Source: a virus (taxonomy: Duplodnaviria > Caudoviricetes). Taken from it: a DNA stretch of 58,689 nucleotides. The translations under genes were made by a program, and so were the position numbers. A model generated the notes under the pieces. That model saw only the letters and a program-made list of their open reading frames with translations, made no database searches and had not been told where the DNA came from. Positions within the stretch are counted from its first letter, which is position 1. Every line of letters starts with the position of its first letter. Shown here one piece after another: positions 1 through 9,742 of this stretch. Location of the stretch: positions 1 to 58,689 of IMG/VR virus record IMGVR_UViG_3300008107_000212; one strand, given 5' to 3'.

Positions 1-665
1 TGATGTGCCTGATGTGCCTGAAGTACCTGATGTACCTTTAGTACCTGATGTACCTGATTGTCCCGAAGTACCTGAAGTGCCTGATGAACCTGAAGTTGCT
101 GATGCACCTGACAGGCCATTTAAACCATCTGAACCTGAGGTACCTGATGTGCCTGAAGTACCTGAAGAACCTGAAGCACCTTTAGTACCAGATGTGCCTG
201 AGGTACCAGATGAACCTGCAGTACCAGATGAACCTGATGATCCGGAAATAGCTGATGCGCCTGATAAACCACTTAAACCATCGGAACCTGAGGTACCTGA
301 TGTGCCTGAAGTACCTGATGTACCTGATCGCCCTGAAGTACCTAATGTGCCTGATACACCTGATGTACCTGATTGTCCTGATGTTCCTGATGAACCTGAT
401 GAGCCTGAAGTTGCTGATGCACCTGATAAACCACTCAAACCATCGGAGCCTGAAGTACCTGATGTACCTGAGGTACCTGATGTACCGGAAGTACCTGATG
501 AACCTGATGAACCTGATGTACCCGAGGATCCTCCAGAAGTACCTGAAGAACCTGATACACCTGAAGTACCATACGTGCCTGAAGCTCCAGATGTACCTTG
601 AGTTCCACTAGTACCTGATGTGCCTGAACTACCTGATGTACCTGAGCTGCCTGATCCTCCTGATG
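1..665. repeat. 9-bp tandem coding repeat (ACCTGATGT/ACCTGAAGT) with three higher-order blocks encoding GSDGLxGLSGASA
   Basis: Directly visible; blocks near 85-165, 240-320 and 400-470. Confidence 0.9.
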
Positions 666-849
666 ATCCTCCACCTCTTGCTACTAATGATACAACACCA
701 TTATCATCTATAGTTAATACATAATCTTGCCATCCTTCTTGTACAATGGGAAGATTATATTTGTTAAAGCCTAGTGACTGGTCAAAAAATCCACGACCTT
801 TATCAGATGGATCTAATCTATTGTTACCACTTATTCTATTTTCAGCCAT
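1..849 (-). CDS. Collagen-like (Gly-Thr-Ser)n repeat protein, probable tail/head fibre; 3' end runs off the window
   Basis: Not in the ORF track. Manual translation from ATG at 849 gives MAENRISGNNRLDPSDKGRGFFDQSLG...VSLVARGGGSSGGSGSSGTSGSSGTSGTSG..., a near-continuous G-X-Y repeat open to position 1. The upstream ATATTTATAA box supports the start. Confidence 0.85.
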   Translation of the reverse strand, partial: MAENRISGNNRLDPSDKGRGFFDQSLGFNKYNLPIVQEGWQDYVLTIDDNGVVSLVARGGGSSGGSGSSGTSGSSGTSGTSGTQGTSGASGTYGTSGVSGSSGTSGGSSGTSGSSGSSGTSGTSGTSGTSGTSGSDGLSGLSGASATSGSSGSSGTSGQSGTSGVSGTLGTSGRSGTSGTSGTSGTSGSDGLSGLSGASAISGSSGSSGTAGSSGTSGTSGTKGASGSSGTSGTSGTSGSDGLNGLSGASATSGSSGTSGTSGQSGTSGTKGTSGTSGTSGTS

Positions 850-874
850 TAAACTTCAGGTTCAGGTTATCCCT

Positions 875-882
875 TATAAATA
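875..882 (-). promoter_or_regulatory. TATTTATA box (putative late promoter)
   Basis: Conserved motif 25 nt upstream of ATG 849. Confidence 0.55.
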
Positions 883-913
883 TTGGAAAAACACATAACT
901 ATTGAAAAAATTT

Positions 914-1759
914 TTAAGGGAATATATTAGTAGTAACTTCTTCTGAAATGTTTACCTGAGTTTTGTTTGAAAATTTGTTTAGAGCTGTAGTATCTTTTTG
1001 AATAGTATTTGGGATTATATATCCGTTAATTTTTAAAGTAAAGGTACTTCTAACAATTCTTTCATTGTCTGTAGCTAATTGGGTTTGGAAAGCAAAAGAG
1101 TCTATCATTGCTTTAAATTGGAATCTTTGAGGATTACCCCAGTAAGCATCAGAAGCATATTGGATTGCTTCAACTATTTTATTTTGTTGTTCAATATAAT
1201 ATGTAAATATTGCACAACTATACGTCAATGTAACATAGTCAGGAGCAACTACGGCGTAGTATTGTTTTTGAGGTTTACGATTGTTTAATACAGCAAATTG
1301 GTCGTAAGCGTTACGATTATCGTATGGTTTGGTTAATATTTGATAATTGTTAGGGTTATTAGCGTCTAATTTATTTGTAATAGATCTGTTTTTATCCAAG
1401 GATTCTCTTTTAAACATGATTAAAGGGGCCATAAGCTTACCTTTTTCATCTCTATAATATCCATCTTTTTGGAATGATTTCCATTTTTCAGGTGAACCAT
1501 ATATTACAGGAACAGGTAATCTTTCTCCGTTTTGTATTACAAAAGGTTTTATAACATTATCAAAATAATAAAATATAGCTTCATCTATATCTTGAATGCC
1601 TATAGAAAATGGTTTTACATCGTCTCCTTTCCAAGAAACCTGCGTTGCTCTGTTATTAATTTGAGCAGCATTATTTGGGTTTCCCATCTGCACATCAGTA
1701 GCGATGTGTTGAGATTTACTAATCTCTCTTTGGGTTTTAGGGGTAGGTTTTCTAGCCAT
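914..1759 (-). CDS. Tail completion / sheath stabiliser-like protein (T4 gp15-like)
   Basis: VPVIYGSPEKW motif resembles the gp15 VPxxYGPxEKF region; lies next to neck genes. Confidence 0.55.
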   Translation of the reverse strand: MARKPTPKTQREISKSQHIATDVQMGNPNNAAQINNRATQVSWKGDDVKPFSIGIQDIDEAIFYYFDNVIKPFVIQNGERLPVPVIYGSPEKWKSFQKDGYYRDEKGKLMAPLIMFKRESLDKNRSITNKLDANNPNNYQILTKPYDNRNAYDQFAVLNNRKPQKQYYAVVAPDYVTLTYSCAIFTYYIEQQNKIVEAIQYASDAYWGNPQRFQFKAMIDSFAFQTQLATDNERIVRSTFTLKINGYIIPNTIQKDTTALNKFSNKTQVNISEEVTTNIFP

Positions 1760-1761
1760 TT

Positions 1762-2283
1762 TTATAAACGTTGAGGTATAATACCAAGACGATCAGCAGG
1801 AACATAATGGCATTTACATATTACTGAGGTGTTGTAACCAAATTGATCTAATCCAGGATTTAATGGGTTGTTTCCATTTGAATCAGTGTATGGATATTGT
1901 GGATCTTTACCTACGAAAAATTGAGTAGCATTTGTCCCGTCTACTTCCCAATATCCGTTTTGATACATTATTACATCTCCTATTTCAGGGACTATACTTG
2001 CATCAACTAAATCATCTCGTAAAAATTTAAATGTTACTTGCCAATCAAAATCAACACCAAAATCACTTTCGGGGTAGTTAAAGTCTGATGGTTCTATAAG
2101 AGCAAATAGTATAACAGGGTCTAGAAAGTTTCTAGCTTCTGCTGCTTCACCATATATGTTTACTTTAGTTTGTGCTAATTCGTATTGATAATATACTATT
2201 TGTTGAGATATAATATTACCCATCAACTCGCGGTTGATATATCTAAACATTGAAATATCTCTAGCTTGTCCGAAAAGTGCCAT
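1762..2283 (-). CDS. Neck/head-closure protein (T4 gp14-like)
   Basis: NIYGE...PEIGDVI...YWEV pattern and synteny between gp13-like and gp15-like genes. Confidence 0.55.
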   Translation of the reverse strand: MALFGQARDISMFRYINRELMGNIISQQIVYYQYELAQTKVNIYGEAAEARNFLDPVILFALIEPSDFNYPESDFGVDFDWQVTFKFLRDDLVDASIVPEIGDVIMYQNGYWEVDGTNATQFFVGKDPQYPYTDSNGNNPLNPGLDQFGYNTSVICKCHYVPADRLGIIPQRL

Positions 2284-2285
2284 TA

Positions 2286-3446
2286 TTAACCGATATAAAT
2301 TGTCATTGGAGATTGGTTCAATTCTTGTTGACGAGCAGTTGATTCTGCTGCTCTTCTTTCAAGTAAAGATTGGCGAGAAGTAGAATCGAAATATTCTCTT
2401 AATTTTGTTATTAATGCTTCTTTTGTTGAAGTTGCTGATGATAATAGATCGGATTGATTTAATGTAACTTCAGCGCCTGGAATTGGTATTTGAGTATATT
2501 TTCCTCTAACATATCCTAGCATTTCTTTTGCTAAAGCTAAGGTATATTCGAATATCCAAGATCTGCCTACAGAATTAATTTGAGAATATATTGGATTATC
2601 GTAAGGTGCTTTGGCTAAATTATTTATTTTAGTTCCAGTATCAGCACCAAAAGCAGAGTTAATTCTATCATCATCTTTTATATAATAGAACCACATATTA
2701 GCTCCATCATCTCCAGTTCCAGGAATAGGGAATACTTTAAGTTGATTATTAACTAATTCAAATGTATAATTTGAAAATCCAACCTGGTTGTTCATTTCAA
2801 TAGATTGGATTGTTTGGAGGCCAAAACTTAAAGGCATCATAAGGTAGCCTGTATATGTTCCGTATCCGTATCCTAATCCTACAGATCCTATAGCAGGAAC
2901 TCCACCTAAACCAGCAAATCCTCCCATGTAAGGAGAATATAATTGTGATACAGCAGGTAAAGGTTGATAAAGTACAGATTTAATTTCTATTCCACCTGTA
3001 ATATTTTGCTCTATGGCCCATCTTTTTAGATCGTATGTTTGAACACTTGCTGTTAATGGGATAGAACCACTATACCAGGTTACATTTCCTCCTACTCCTG
3101 CTTCTTCTCCGTATTGTTCAGATAGTCTAACAATACCCGCCATAGTAGGGGTTACAACTTTTTGGTTCACATTGGATGAAGTTGATGCTCCTTCTAATGT
3201 TAAATAGTTATCTCTTAATTGGTAAGCGTATAATTCGTTTCCATATACTGTAATAGCTTCTTCAAAAGCAGTATAAAAGTTTGTGGCTTGTAATTCAACA
3301 TTTTCAATAGGATATCCCAAACGTAAAGCACAAAATCTTGCTACTTTATCAGCATCTTGCTGAAATTGAAGATCATAATCGTAAAATCCAAAAGGGGTTT
3401 CCCCAGGAAAGAAGGAACTAGATCCAGGCCATATTGGTATATTCAT
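2286..3446 (-). CDS. Neck / head-tail adaptor (T4 gp13-like)
   Basis: LRLGYPIENVEL and WIFEYTLALAKEMLGYVRGKY..IPIPGAEVTLN motifs typical of gp13 homologues. Confidence 0.7.
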   Translation of the reverse strand: MNIPIWPGSSSFFPGETPFGFYDYDLQFQQDADKVARFCALRLGYPIENVELQATNFYTAFEEAITVYGNELYAYQLRDNYLTLEGASTSSNVNQKVVTPTMAGIVRLSEQYGEEAGVGGNVTWYSGSIPLTASVQTYDLKRWAIEQNITGGIEIKSVLYQPLPAVSQLYSPYMGGFAGLGGVPAIGSVGLGYGYGTYTGYLMMPLSFGLQTIQSIEMNNQVGFSNYTFELVNNQLKVFPIPGTGDDGANMWFYYIKDDDRINSAFGADTGTKINNLAKAPYDNPIYSQINSVGRSWIFEYTLALAKEMLGYVRGKYTQIPIPGAEVTLNQSDLLSSATSTKEALITKLREYFDSTSRQSLLERRAAESTARQQELNQSPMTIYIG

Positions 3447-3459
3447 GTTTTATTTTTAA

Positions 3460-3882
3460 TTATGTTGTAGCTATAAAATATTCTATATTAGCTGCTCCTC
3501 CTGAAGGTTCTGCTTTTATAGAAACTATATCATCAAAAGTTAAACTAGTAGTACTACCCGTCATTTCGCTTGTAGATAACATATAAGAACTACCAGCACT
3601 AACTAAATAACTCATAGCCTCTGTAGAAGAAGATACAATTAATTTAATTGGAAGAGCAGTAGATTGATTTGTAATTCTAGCATATTTTAAGCTACTAGTA
3701 ACAAAAGTTCCAGCACCATTATTATTAGATAATGAAAATATAGTAGTGACAGATCCTGAGGGGAGTTGGAATATTCTATTATCTATATAAGATATATTAG
3801 AAATAGTTTGAATTGTGTTAACACTTCTATCTACATCCCCTAAAGTAATTTTTTCAAGTAAATTGATGTATAAATCTGCCAT
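3460..3882 (-). CDS. Hypothetical beta-rich virion protein
   Basis: 140-aa Ser/Thr-rich ORF with upstream box. Confidence 0.6.
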   Translation of the reverse strand: MADLYINLLEKITLGDVDRSVNTIQTISNISYIDNRIFQLPSGSVTTIFSLSNNNGAGTFVTSSLKYARITNQSTALPIKLIVSSSTEAMSYLVSAGSSYMLSTSEMTGSTTSLTFDDIVSIKAEPSGGAANIEYFIATT

Positions 3883-3891
3883 AGTTTTTGT

Positions 3892-3899
3892 TATAAATA
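3892..3899 (-). promoter_or_regulatory. TATTTATA box (putative late promoter)
   Basis: 9 nt upstream of ATG 3882. Confidence 0.55.
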
Positions 3900-3903
3900 T
3901 GAC

Positions 3904-3928
3904 AAAAAAAGCCTCAATTTGAGGCTTT
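3904..3928 (-). terminator. Rho-independent terminator
   Basis: AAAGCCTC-AAATT-GAGGCTTTTTTT on minus strand. Confidence 0.7.
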
Positions 3929-3941
3929 AATATGATTTTTA

Positions 3942-4358
3942 TTACTCTTCTAAATTTGGTTCAGGATTAGGAGCTGGGGGTGGTTCAGAAGTGGAGGTTG
4001 GTTCAGGAGTAGGTTCAAATTCAGGTTCATCTCCTTCTCTTGGTATCTCTATAATCTCAAATGTAGTTGTTGGGTTAGATGCTTGTAAAATATTCATTAC
4101 CTGTTCTGTTATATACAACAAGTATTTATTTACTACACCATTACCATCATTATTAGGTTGAGATGGTATATTAGCAACATAAAACGGCAAACAAGCAATA
4201 TATAAAGCACCATCAATATATGCTTGTTTAGAGGGATACATAAAACAATCTACAGGAGTATCTGTACCATTTAATGGTAAATGTAATACTAAACGAAAAT
4301 AAGGATTTGAATATGTTCCGTAGTTGTATTCGAGGGGAGAAGTTGCTTGTATTGCCAT
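3942..4358 (-). CDS. Hypothetical protein with Pro/Glu-rich C-tail
   Basis: 138-aa ORF ending EPEFEPTPEPTSTSEPPPAPNPEPNLEE. Confidence 0.6.
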   Translation of the reverse strand: MAIQATSPLEYNYGTYSNPYFRLVLHLPLNGTDTPVDCFMYPSKQAYIDGALYIACLPFYVANIPSQPNNDGNGVVNKYLLYITEQVMNILQASNPTTTFEIIEIPREGDEPEFEPTPEPTSTSEPPPAPNPEPNLEE

Positions 4359-4361
4359 ACT

Positions 4362-4369
4362 TATAAATA
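4362..4369 (-). promoter_or_regulatory. TATTTATA box (putative late promoter)
   Basis: 3 nt upstream of ATG 4358. Confidence 0.55.
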
Positions 4370-4380
4370 TATTAAATTAA

Positions 4381-5103
4381 TTACTTTTTCGATCCTGAGT
4401 TTGATAGGGTTATACCATTTTCATATGCATCCTCATAGTATGAGATTAAATCTTCTACTATTGGGTTTCTGTGGTTGGTTTTTAATGAAATTGCAGCTAA
4501 ATTTTTAATTTTTTTAGCAGCAGTGTATAAAAATCTAAATCCAGAATCGCGTTTGTTTTTTAAGTCTACTTGATTATCGTCACCACAAATTATCATTTTA
4601 GAACGTAAACCTAAACGTGTTACAATCATTTCCATTTGTTCGTGTGTAACGTTTTGTGCTTCGTCTACTATAACAATTGAATCTAGAAATGTTCTACCTC
4701 GCATAAAGCTAACAGGTACTATCTCAATGTCGCCTTCTTGTATGTGTTTTTCTATTTTTACTCGGTCATATAATGCGTACATATTTTGGTATATGGGTTG
4801 TACCCAAGGGTCCATTTTTTCGCGTAAATCACCAGGTAAAAAACCAATTTCTTCTTTGGATACTGTGGGGCGTGTTATAATTATTTTTTCAACTTCCTTC
4901 ATGAATAGCTTTTCTAATGCTATTTGACACGCTAAAAGTGTTTTACCGGAACCCGCAGAACCTGCTAATAACGTAACTGTATTTTCTAATATTTTAGATT
5001 TTGCTTCTTTCTGTTCTTGATTTAGTTCTACTTTAAATTTTATGGGGTTTTTAGGTTTACGTTTTTCTTGGAATATTTCATCTTCGTGATGGTTGGAGTT
5101 CAT
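4381..5103 (-). CDS. phoH: PhoH-family ATPase
   Basis: GSAGSGKT, ITRPTV, IGFLPGDLREKMDPW, FMRGRTF, VDEAQN and GDDNQVDL motifs. Confidence 0.95.
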   Translation of the reverse strand: MNSNHHEDEIFQEKRKPKNPIKFKVELNQEQKEAKSKILENTVTLLAGSAGSGKTLLACQIALEKLFMKEVEKIIITRPTVSKEEIGFLPGDLREKMDPWVQPIYQNMYALYDRVKIEKHIQEGDIEIVPVSFMRGRTFLDSIVIVDEAQNVTHEQMEMIVTRLGLRSKMIICGDDNQVDLKNKRDSGFRFLYTAAKKIKNLAAISLKTNHRNPIVEDLISYYEDAYENGITLSNSGSKK

Positions 5104-5133
5104 AAAGGAAGTTTAGGTTGAACATAAATTAAA

Positions 5134-5772
5134 TTAGTAAATTTTATTCAATACAAATATGTCTGTGTATATTGAATTTAATGCACTATCTGAGCTAAAT
5201 TGGGCAGTGACATCTAAAGTATTACTAATTGTAGTATCAAAAGTAGTACTATTAACTGTATTAAAGGCGAATCCTTGTGGGGCGCCGTTAGATTGCTTTG
5301 TAGTATGAAATACTCCAAGAGATACAATGGATGCAACACCTGCTGCTCCTAAAGCTCTAACTGTAAAATTAATAGAAAATTGCCAAACATCATTTATGGC
5401 TGTTGACATGGTTTGGGTTCCACTATCTGCTAGAATTACAGAACCTGCTTTAACTCTAATTCGTATAGTATCATTATTTTTGGATGAAAGTAGACCACCA
5501 AAATCTGCTCTAAAACTATCACCTATTTGAAATCCATTTGCGGGGACACTTAATGTACCTATCCCCCCATTTATTAAAGATAATTCTGCAGTAGTACCTG
5601 TTATTGGGGTGCTATCATCGGTTTGTGCAAATAACCCATAAGTATTTCCTTGGGCATATATAATTCCATCAAGGGTAGTTTGTTTAGTGATACCATCTTG
5701 TACGATAGCGAATAATTCTGGTCCTGTTAAGGTACCAGCTGGGGGTAATTGGGATATTGGTAAATTTGGCAT
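5134..5772 (-). CDS. Putative virion fibre/decoration protein
   Basis: N-terminal PISQLP...ELFAIVQDGITKQTTL segment typical of phage fibre anchors; beta-rich body. Confidence 0.55.
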   Translation of the reverse strand: MPNLPISQLPPAGTLTGPELFAIVQDGITKQTTLDGIIYAQGNTYGLFAQTDDSTPITGTTAELSLINGGIGTLSVPANGFQIGDSFRADFGGLLSSKNNDTIRIRVKAGSVILADSGTQTMSTAINDVWQFSINFTVRALGAAGVASIVSLGVFHTTKQSNGAPQGFAFNTVNSTTFDTTISNTLDVTAQFSSDSALNSIYTDIFVLNKIY

Positions 5773-5776
5773 AATT

Positions 5777-6067
5777 TTAAATTAAAGCGGTTACATATAT
5801 GGCTGAGCCATCTTCTTGGAGTATTAAATAATAATCAGTCTCATCTTTATTATTAATAAAAGATTCTTCTTGGGCTAAAAATCCAATATTTTGAATGCTG
5901 GGTAAAAGTTGTCCTTTATTTTGGTAAGTTATCCAATTTAATCTAGCAACAGATAACTCTTCAAGATATTGATTATAATGTTGCATCTGCTCATGGAGTG
6001 GTAATTTAACAACATGAGGAAATTTTGCAAATTGTGACCAAGGTATTTCGTTAAAAATATCAATCAT
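5777..6067 (-). CDS. Hypothetical protein (C-terminal LILQEDG motif)
   Basis: Start moved to MIDIFNE (6067) because the ORF-track extension runs through the capsid-gene terminator. Confidence 0.55.
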   Translation of the reverse strand: MIDIFNEIPWSQFAKFPHVVKLPLHEQMQHYNQYLEELSVARLNWITYQNKGQLLPSIQNIGFLAQEESFINNKDETDYYLILQEDGSAIYVTALI

Positions 6068-6082
6068 ATACCTATACATATG

Positions 6083-6113
6083 AAAAAAAGCCCCGCTATT
6101 CGCGGGGCTCTTT
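6083..6113 (-). terminator. Rho-independent terminator after the major capsid gene
   Basis: GCCCCGC-GAATA-GCGGGGC followed by a T-tract. Confidence 0.8.
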
Positions 6114-6138
6114 CTCACATTAAAGTTTTACTTTAAGA

Positions 6139-7878
6139 TTAGATAGTAGTTAAACCACTAACATAGATCTTAGCGTAGAACTCAGGACGCAACATCTTCT
6201 TAGCGTAGCGAGTCAATAGACCTTTTCTTGGAGTAAAGGTATCAGGATCGTACACAAGAGGAGTCATGATTAATGGGATATAAGGAGCAAATACAGCACC
6301 TGTTTCTAGGAACTGAGATCCTTTGTAACCCATCAACATCAAGTTTTCAGTCATATATGGATTCTTATAAACCTTATAACGGCCATTTAATGAACCCATT
6401 TTCTGAACACCAAACGCATATTCCATTTGATCAGCTTCGCCATTGTTTGTAGAAGCAAATCCAGGAATTGATTCAAGGACAGTTGCTACAGTTGGAGAAG
6501 TAACGATGAAATTAGCACCACCTCTCAAGGTTAACTGGTGGATTCTGTTACTAAGTTTTTGTACTTTAGTACCAAGAGTTTGGAACCACTGACCTTGGGT
6601 GTTGTAGAAGGCATTAGCAGTAGCTGCGGAAGCTAAAGTAGTACCATTGTACACAACGTTGTTAATAGCTGACCAGTATTCAGTACCAGCGGCTGCATCT
6701 TCAATTAACATATCAAGAATTTCGAGGTCAATTTCCATAGAAATGTACTCGCTCATGATGTTTGTCAATTCAGCTTCAGCATCGATGTTCTGATAAGCAG
6801 CTAAGTCTTGTGCAAATTCAGGTGTCCATACAGCTTTCAATTTCTTGGTTTTAGCTGTGATAGGCTGAGATTGCATTCTAACGTTAATCTCTGGGATAAC
6901 GATAGAGGCTGAATTTAAACTGTTAGGTACAGATACGTCGGTTCTATCTGCTTCAAAATCACCTCTTTGATCGTTACCAGTTAAGGTTTCGTTATTCAAG
7001 TTGGTAGCTTTGTTGTAGAATACTGTAAGAGCATTAGCTCCAGCAGTAATATTAGCAAAGTTAGCAGCACCTGTAAAGAAGAATGAGATACTATTACCAG
7101 TATAGTTGTAAGTAGTAAACTGCTGTAATAAGCTAGCGGATGTAAAGTTTGAACCACTAACCATTACGAATGCTCTAACACCATCTTCATCAAATACGTT
7201 GCTAATAGTAGTAGAAGCAGTAGCTACAGTAAATTTGTAGATTTGACCCGCGGCTACAGAAGCAGAATAGGCAGAATCAAAATTCAATTCACTCCAAGAT
7301 GCAGATACCACACTACCTGTACCAGCTCCTAATGTAGGAGGAACGTTATTTACAGAAGCAGATACCCATACTGAGGAAGAGAATTGGTTAGTAGAATATG
7401 CAAATCTACCAGCACCATATAAACCACCATCAGTTGCAGTAGTTTGGAATGGGAATTGACCTGATGAGTTTCTTTGACCATATAAAGATTGACCGGCAGT
7501 AAATGGATTCTTTGTATTTCCATATTGGAAATCTAAGAAGAACACAAGACCTGAAGGCATGTTCATAGGTTGAACAGAAACGAATTCTTTAGCTACGATA
7601 GTACCGAATACTTTTCTTACTAAAGGAAGAGCAATACCAGCCCAGTTTTCACCTGTTGTTCCTACAGTGTAACCTGAGTTAGAGGTGATTTGGTTAGATT
7701 CAATTACCAATTGCTTGGCTTGGTTTTCTAACAATAAGGACATATTGTTTCTATTGATCTCATCTAGACCTTCTAGGAGACCTGTTTTTGACCATTTACC
7801 GGCCAATTTTGCAGCGTCGCTTTGTAAATTTTTCCACGCGCCAGCTGCGGATTCTAATAATTGCTGTACTTGTGACAT
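6139..7878 (-). CDS. Major capsid protein (T4 gp23-like)
   Basis: SVQPMNMPSGLVF, KTKKLKAVWTPEFAQDL, DAEAELTNIMSEYISMEID, FAPYIPL and FTPRKGLLTRYA. Confidence 0.95.
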   Translation of the reverse strand: MSQVQQLLESAAGAWKNLQSDAAKLAGKWSKTGLLEGLDEINRNNMSLLLENQAKQLVIESNQITSNSGYTVGTTGENWAGIALPLVRKVFGTIVAKEFVSVQPMNMPSGLVFFLDFQYGNTKNPFTAGQSLYGQRNSSGQFPFQTTATDGGLYGAGRFAYSTNQFSSSVWVSASVNNVPPTLGAGTGSVVSASWSELNFDSAYSASVAAGQIYKFTVATASTTISNVFDEDGVRAFVMVSGSNFTSASLLQQFTTYNYTGNSISFFFTGAANFANITAGANALTVFYNKATNLNNETLTGNDQRGDFEADRTDVSVPNSLNSASIVIPEINVRMQSQPITAKTKKLKAVWTPEFAQDLAAYQNIDAEAELTNIMSEYISMEIDLEILDMLIEDAAAGTEYWSAINNVVYNGTTLASAATANAFYNTQGQWFQTLGTKVQKLSNRIHQLTLRGGANFIVTSPTVATVLESIPGFASTNNGEADQMEYAFGVQKMGSLNGRYKVYKNPYMTENLMLMGYKGSQFLETGAVFAPYIPLIMTPLVYDPDTFTPRKGLLTRYAKKMLRPEFYAKIYVSGLTTI

Positions 7879-7900
7879 GTTTTTTAAGGGTTTTTATTGT

Positions 7901-8938
7901 TTATTTAATACCTGCTAATTTCTGCCATCTTGCAAACTGGTTGTTTACTTCGATGATAGGTTGTTTTGGGGCAGGACCCCCAATTGCTTTAGAAGCACTA
8001 CCTAACATTGATTCGTTGATTGAGGTTTTCTTTTCTTTTAGACCTTCAAGCAATGTTTCATATACAAGTTGAGCTTCTTTTTTGCTAGTTGCTTTATCAA
8101 AAGCAGTTAGCACTTTTACTTTTTGTGATTCGGTTAAACTCTTAGCTTTGAAGATTTTGTTAGTGTAAAGAAGTTTAGCGTTAAGTAAGTTAACTTCGTT
8201 TAAAGTTGATTGCATAGCTTCGATGGCATCGTATGCTTCTTTAAGTTTCTTTTCAGCTTCTTCTTTTTCCATTTTAGCTTTTGCTGCTTTTCTTTTAGCT
8301 TCTTCAAGTCCATAATTTTCATATGTCTTTTCAGCTGCTGTATCAGCCATTAATTCTTCAAGATCAACTTCATCCATCATTTCTTCTTTACCTTCTTCTT
8401 CTTCACCTTCTTCGCCTTCCATGCCTTCACCAGCTTCTAATTCACCGGCTTCAACCATATCAGCGATTACGCTTTCGATGAAATTTTTAAGGTCTTCAGC
8501 AGACATGTCTTCGATGTTGATTTCTTCTTCATCCGTTTCTTCCTCTTCAGCTACGTTTCCTTTAGCAGTAGGACCTTTAGGATCATTAAGTAAATCTTCA
8601 GCTTCGTTCATTTCTTCTTTACCTTCTTCCATACCATCGAGTTCTCTAAGGAGAGCTTCTAGGTCAAGTTCTTCGTCCATTTCTTCTTTAGCTTCATCCA
8701 TTTTAGTTTCAGCTTCGTCCATTTCGTAAGACTCTTCCATTTCCTCTCCGTACCCTTCTTCCATCTCTTCTTTAGCTTCATCCATTTCATCCATCTCAGA
8801 TAGCTTCATAGCTAACTTTTCTCTCAAAAATGGTCCAAAGCTTTCTTCAAGAGCGGCTTTTGCATTTGCTATTGCTGTTTCCTTGACAGCTTTAGCATCG
8901 GCGATTGCTTCTTTAAGCAAATCTCTGTTGCTGTTCAT
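7901..8938 (-). CDS. Prohead scaffold/core protein (T4 gp22-like)
   Basis: Acidic coiled coil with many M-x-E repeats, between protease and MCP; ends FARWQKLAGIK; ATG at 8938. Confidence 0.8.
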   Translation of the reverse strand: MNSNRDLLKEAIADAKAVKETAIANAKAALEESFGPFLREKLAMKLSEMDEMDEAKEEMEEGYGEEMEESYEMDEAETKMDEAKEEMDEELDLEALLRELDGMEEGKEEMNEAEDLLNDPKGPTAKGNVAEEEETDEEEINIEDMSAEDLKNFIESVIADMVEAGELEAGEGMEGEEGEEEEGKEEMMDEVDLEELMADTAAEKTYENYGLEEAKRKAAKAKMEKEEAEKKLKEAYDAIEAMQSTLNEVNLLNAKLLYTNKIFKAKSLTESQKVKVLTAFDKATSKKEAQLVYETLLEGLKEKKTSINESMLGSASKAIGGPAPKQPIIEVNNQFARWQKLAGIK

Positions 8939-9080
8939 TTTGTTTGTCCTCAAATTTTTTAGGGGAAATACGCTTATTCCTTGAAGCGTAATAAAATTAT
9001 ATTAATATCGATGCTATATATGTAGATAGCATATTACATCGATACATATATCGAAATTTATAAAAATCGCAAAAATTTAC

Positions 9081-9111
9081 AAAAAGAAACCCTCCTTTTT
9101 AGGGGAGGGTT
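9081..9111 (-). terminator. Rho-independent terminator
   Basis: ACCCTCCCC-TAAA-AAGGAGGGT followed by TTCTTTTT. Confidence 0.6.
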
Positions 9112-9138
9112 GGTCTAACGGAGCTACCGATAGAGGGG

Positions 9139-9741
9139 TTAAAATAGTGGGCAAGTTCCGTTAGCGCAAAGTATTTCTGTTAATAAAATATTTGCTTTTG
9201 CATACGGATTGGTGTTGTTTTCTTTACCTTCTTTAATTAGGTGCATATATGAGCCTGGGTTTGATGGGGTAGATACAAAATCCCAACAAAGTAATTCAAA
9301 ATCGTCTTGTACTTCTAATGTTTCGCCTATTTCTTTTAGCGAGCCCATTCCGCGGGATGATACCCCAACCATTACTCCGTTATCAATTAATGCTTTTAGG
9401 ATATTACCGGAAGTAGTTGGAAGTATTTCTATTTTACCTAGTACTTTATCACCATTCCACCAAATTTCTCTAATGATGTGAGATACATTTTTTAGGTTTA
9501 TGATTGAAGATTCAGGGTGGTCAAGTTCTCCTGTTGCTCTATTTTCTTTAACAACTTGTTGGTATTTATCAATTTCGCGTTCCCATAAATCTTTAGAGTA
9601 GTATCTGCCGTTTCCGTTTTTTACTTCGGCTGTAGCTAATATACCTTCAACCATCGGATTACCTGATGGGGCTCTCATACCTTCTGTTAGTTGAACAGGA
9701 GATACGTTGAATGGGATGGTTTCTATGAGTACCTGTCTCAT
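9139..9741 (-). CDS. Prohead protease (T4 gp21-like)
   Basis: KNGNGRYY, GELDHP, VSH, GVSSRGMGS and DFVSTPS motifs. Confidence 0.95.
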   Translation of the reverse strand: MRQVLIETIPFNVSPVQLTEGMRAPSGNPMVEGILATAEVKNGNGRYYSKDLWEREIDKYQQVVKENRATGELDHPESSIINLKNVSHIIREIWWNGDKVLGKIEILPTTSGNILKALIDNGVMVGVSSRGMGSLKEIGETLEVQDDFELLCWDFVSTPSNPGSYMHLIKEGKENNTNPYAKANILLTEILCANGTCPLF

Positions 9742-9742
9742 A

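Noticed and set aside
5-674. Pro/Val/Asp/Glu-rich plus-strand ORF 5-601 and ORFs 255-611 and 435-674
   Set aside because: Antisense or out-of-frame shadows of the minus-strand Gly-Thr-Ser repeat gene, which has a proper start and promoter box
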